Below are positions 62,923 through 64,000 of a stretch of DNA of 64,000 bases, piece by piece (position 1 is the first letter of the stretch; the number at the start of each line of letters is the position of its first letter). The notes under the pieces were generated by a model that saw nothing but the letters and a program-made list of their open reading frames with translations, was not told the DNA's origin and did not search any database. Position numbers and translations under genes: made by a program. Source of the DNA: Malacoraja senta (taxonomy: Eukaryota); contig CM075992.1 in the NCBI GenBank assembly GCA_038087875.1, forward strand, positions 9,860,001 to 9,924,000. The letters run 5' to 3'.

Positions 62923-63309
62923 ATTAAAAAAAGGAACTGAAGATCTTCCTTTCCTTGCGTTGAAGTTCATTGGTAACACACTGACGAGGACCCATCTGCT
63001 GCTCGGAGACAACAGTGCTCCTCTGTGCTCTTTCCCTGGTTGATAAAACGTGTTTGTGCCTCAGCAACCTCACCTCAATGGCAATTCCTGGTGTCTTAGT
63101 ATTTTCACGGATGAAACTTCTGCAAAGTGACTAGTTTTGGACACCTTCTTCATATTTCCAAATAAATGCTGTCAGACCCCCGAGTGTCTCTGCTACCAAC
63201 CCCGATACACAGGATACACAGTAGACGTTATGAGCTCCATGGAACACTAATGCATAACACATTCAGCCCATATTCCTCTCTCTGCCATTCCATTGGAGAT
63301 TATAAATAG

Positions 63310-63605
63310 GTTTGGTTCAGTGAAGAGATACACCGTGGAAGCAGGCCCTTCGGTCCACCGAGTCTGTGCCGACCAGCGATCCCCGAACAGCTATCCAACG
63401 CACAAGGGACAATTTCCAATTATACCAGCCAATTAACCTACAAAGCTGTACATCTTTGGAGTGTGGGAGGCAACCAGAGCACCCGGAAAAAACCCACGCA
63501 GGTCAAGGGGAGAATGTACAAACTCCGTACAGACAGCACCCATAGTCAGGATCTAATCCGCCTCTCTGGCACTGTGAGGCAGCAACTTTACCACTGTGCC
63601 TCCAT
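63310..63605 (-). mobile_element. tRNA-derived V-SINE (HE1-like)
   Basis: Reverse complement of the same consensus. Confidence 0.8.
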
Positions 63606-64000
63606 GCCAACCGAGCACCATGCTCTGGGTTCCAGATTATGAGATACAATCTGCCATTGAATTCAGTGACTGGGAGCTATGGGCCTCACCTACTCATATT
63701 GGCGTTCTGGGCATCTAGATATTGCTTGCTGAGATTGGATCTGGGAGATTACAATCAAAGTTCAACCTCAGTCTCTTTTGTTTTGTTCCCTTAAATAAGT
63801 GTGTGAAGTGACATTGAATGTTTCTCCATATGTAGAAAGTATCACTCCATATTTTCTTTGCACTCACATTCTTTGAGTGAATTTGAAGCAGTTTTGGCTT
63901 CTAATCAACATAAACTGTGTGGTTATAATCCCTAAATAAATTAAGCGAGCAGCGTGAGACCATACCTGGAAGAGATTCTGTGGAAACACATTTTGAATTT

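Overview
Vertebrate nuclear DNA, most likely a cartilaginous fish (skate/ray), judged from its V-SINE/HE1-type SINEs, HER1-type CR1 LINEs and Penelope-like repeats. There is one host protein-coding gene, a FoxD-class forkhead transcription factor (minus strand, 44492-45433) in a CpG island. Its family-conserved first codon is GTG rather than ATG, and it appears to have an intron in its 3' UTR. The rest is mostly transposable elements. Two full-length DIRS tyrosine-recombinase retrotransposons (22473-27170 and 54433-59303) have near-identical termini but divergent interiors, and both integrated at the ATT of a TARATTCTTKA site. The second is nearly intact, with gag, pol (RT-RNase H-MT) and YR joined by ATGA stop/start overlaps. 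The first looks non-autonomous and carries three covarying hairpins. Also present: a miniature Gypsy-derived LTR element with a tRNA-Leu PBS, Penelope-like fragments, about 35 (counted by eye) hammerhead-ribozyme-like motifs often in fold-back elements, CR1, L2 and Rex/Babar fragments, SINEs and microsatellites. Boundaries of old repeat fragments are approximate.
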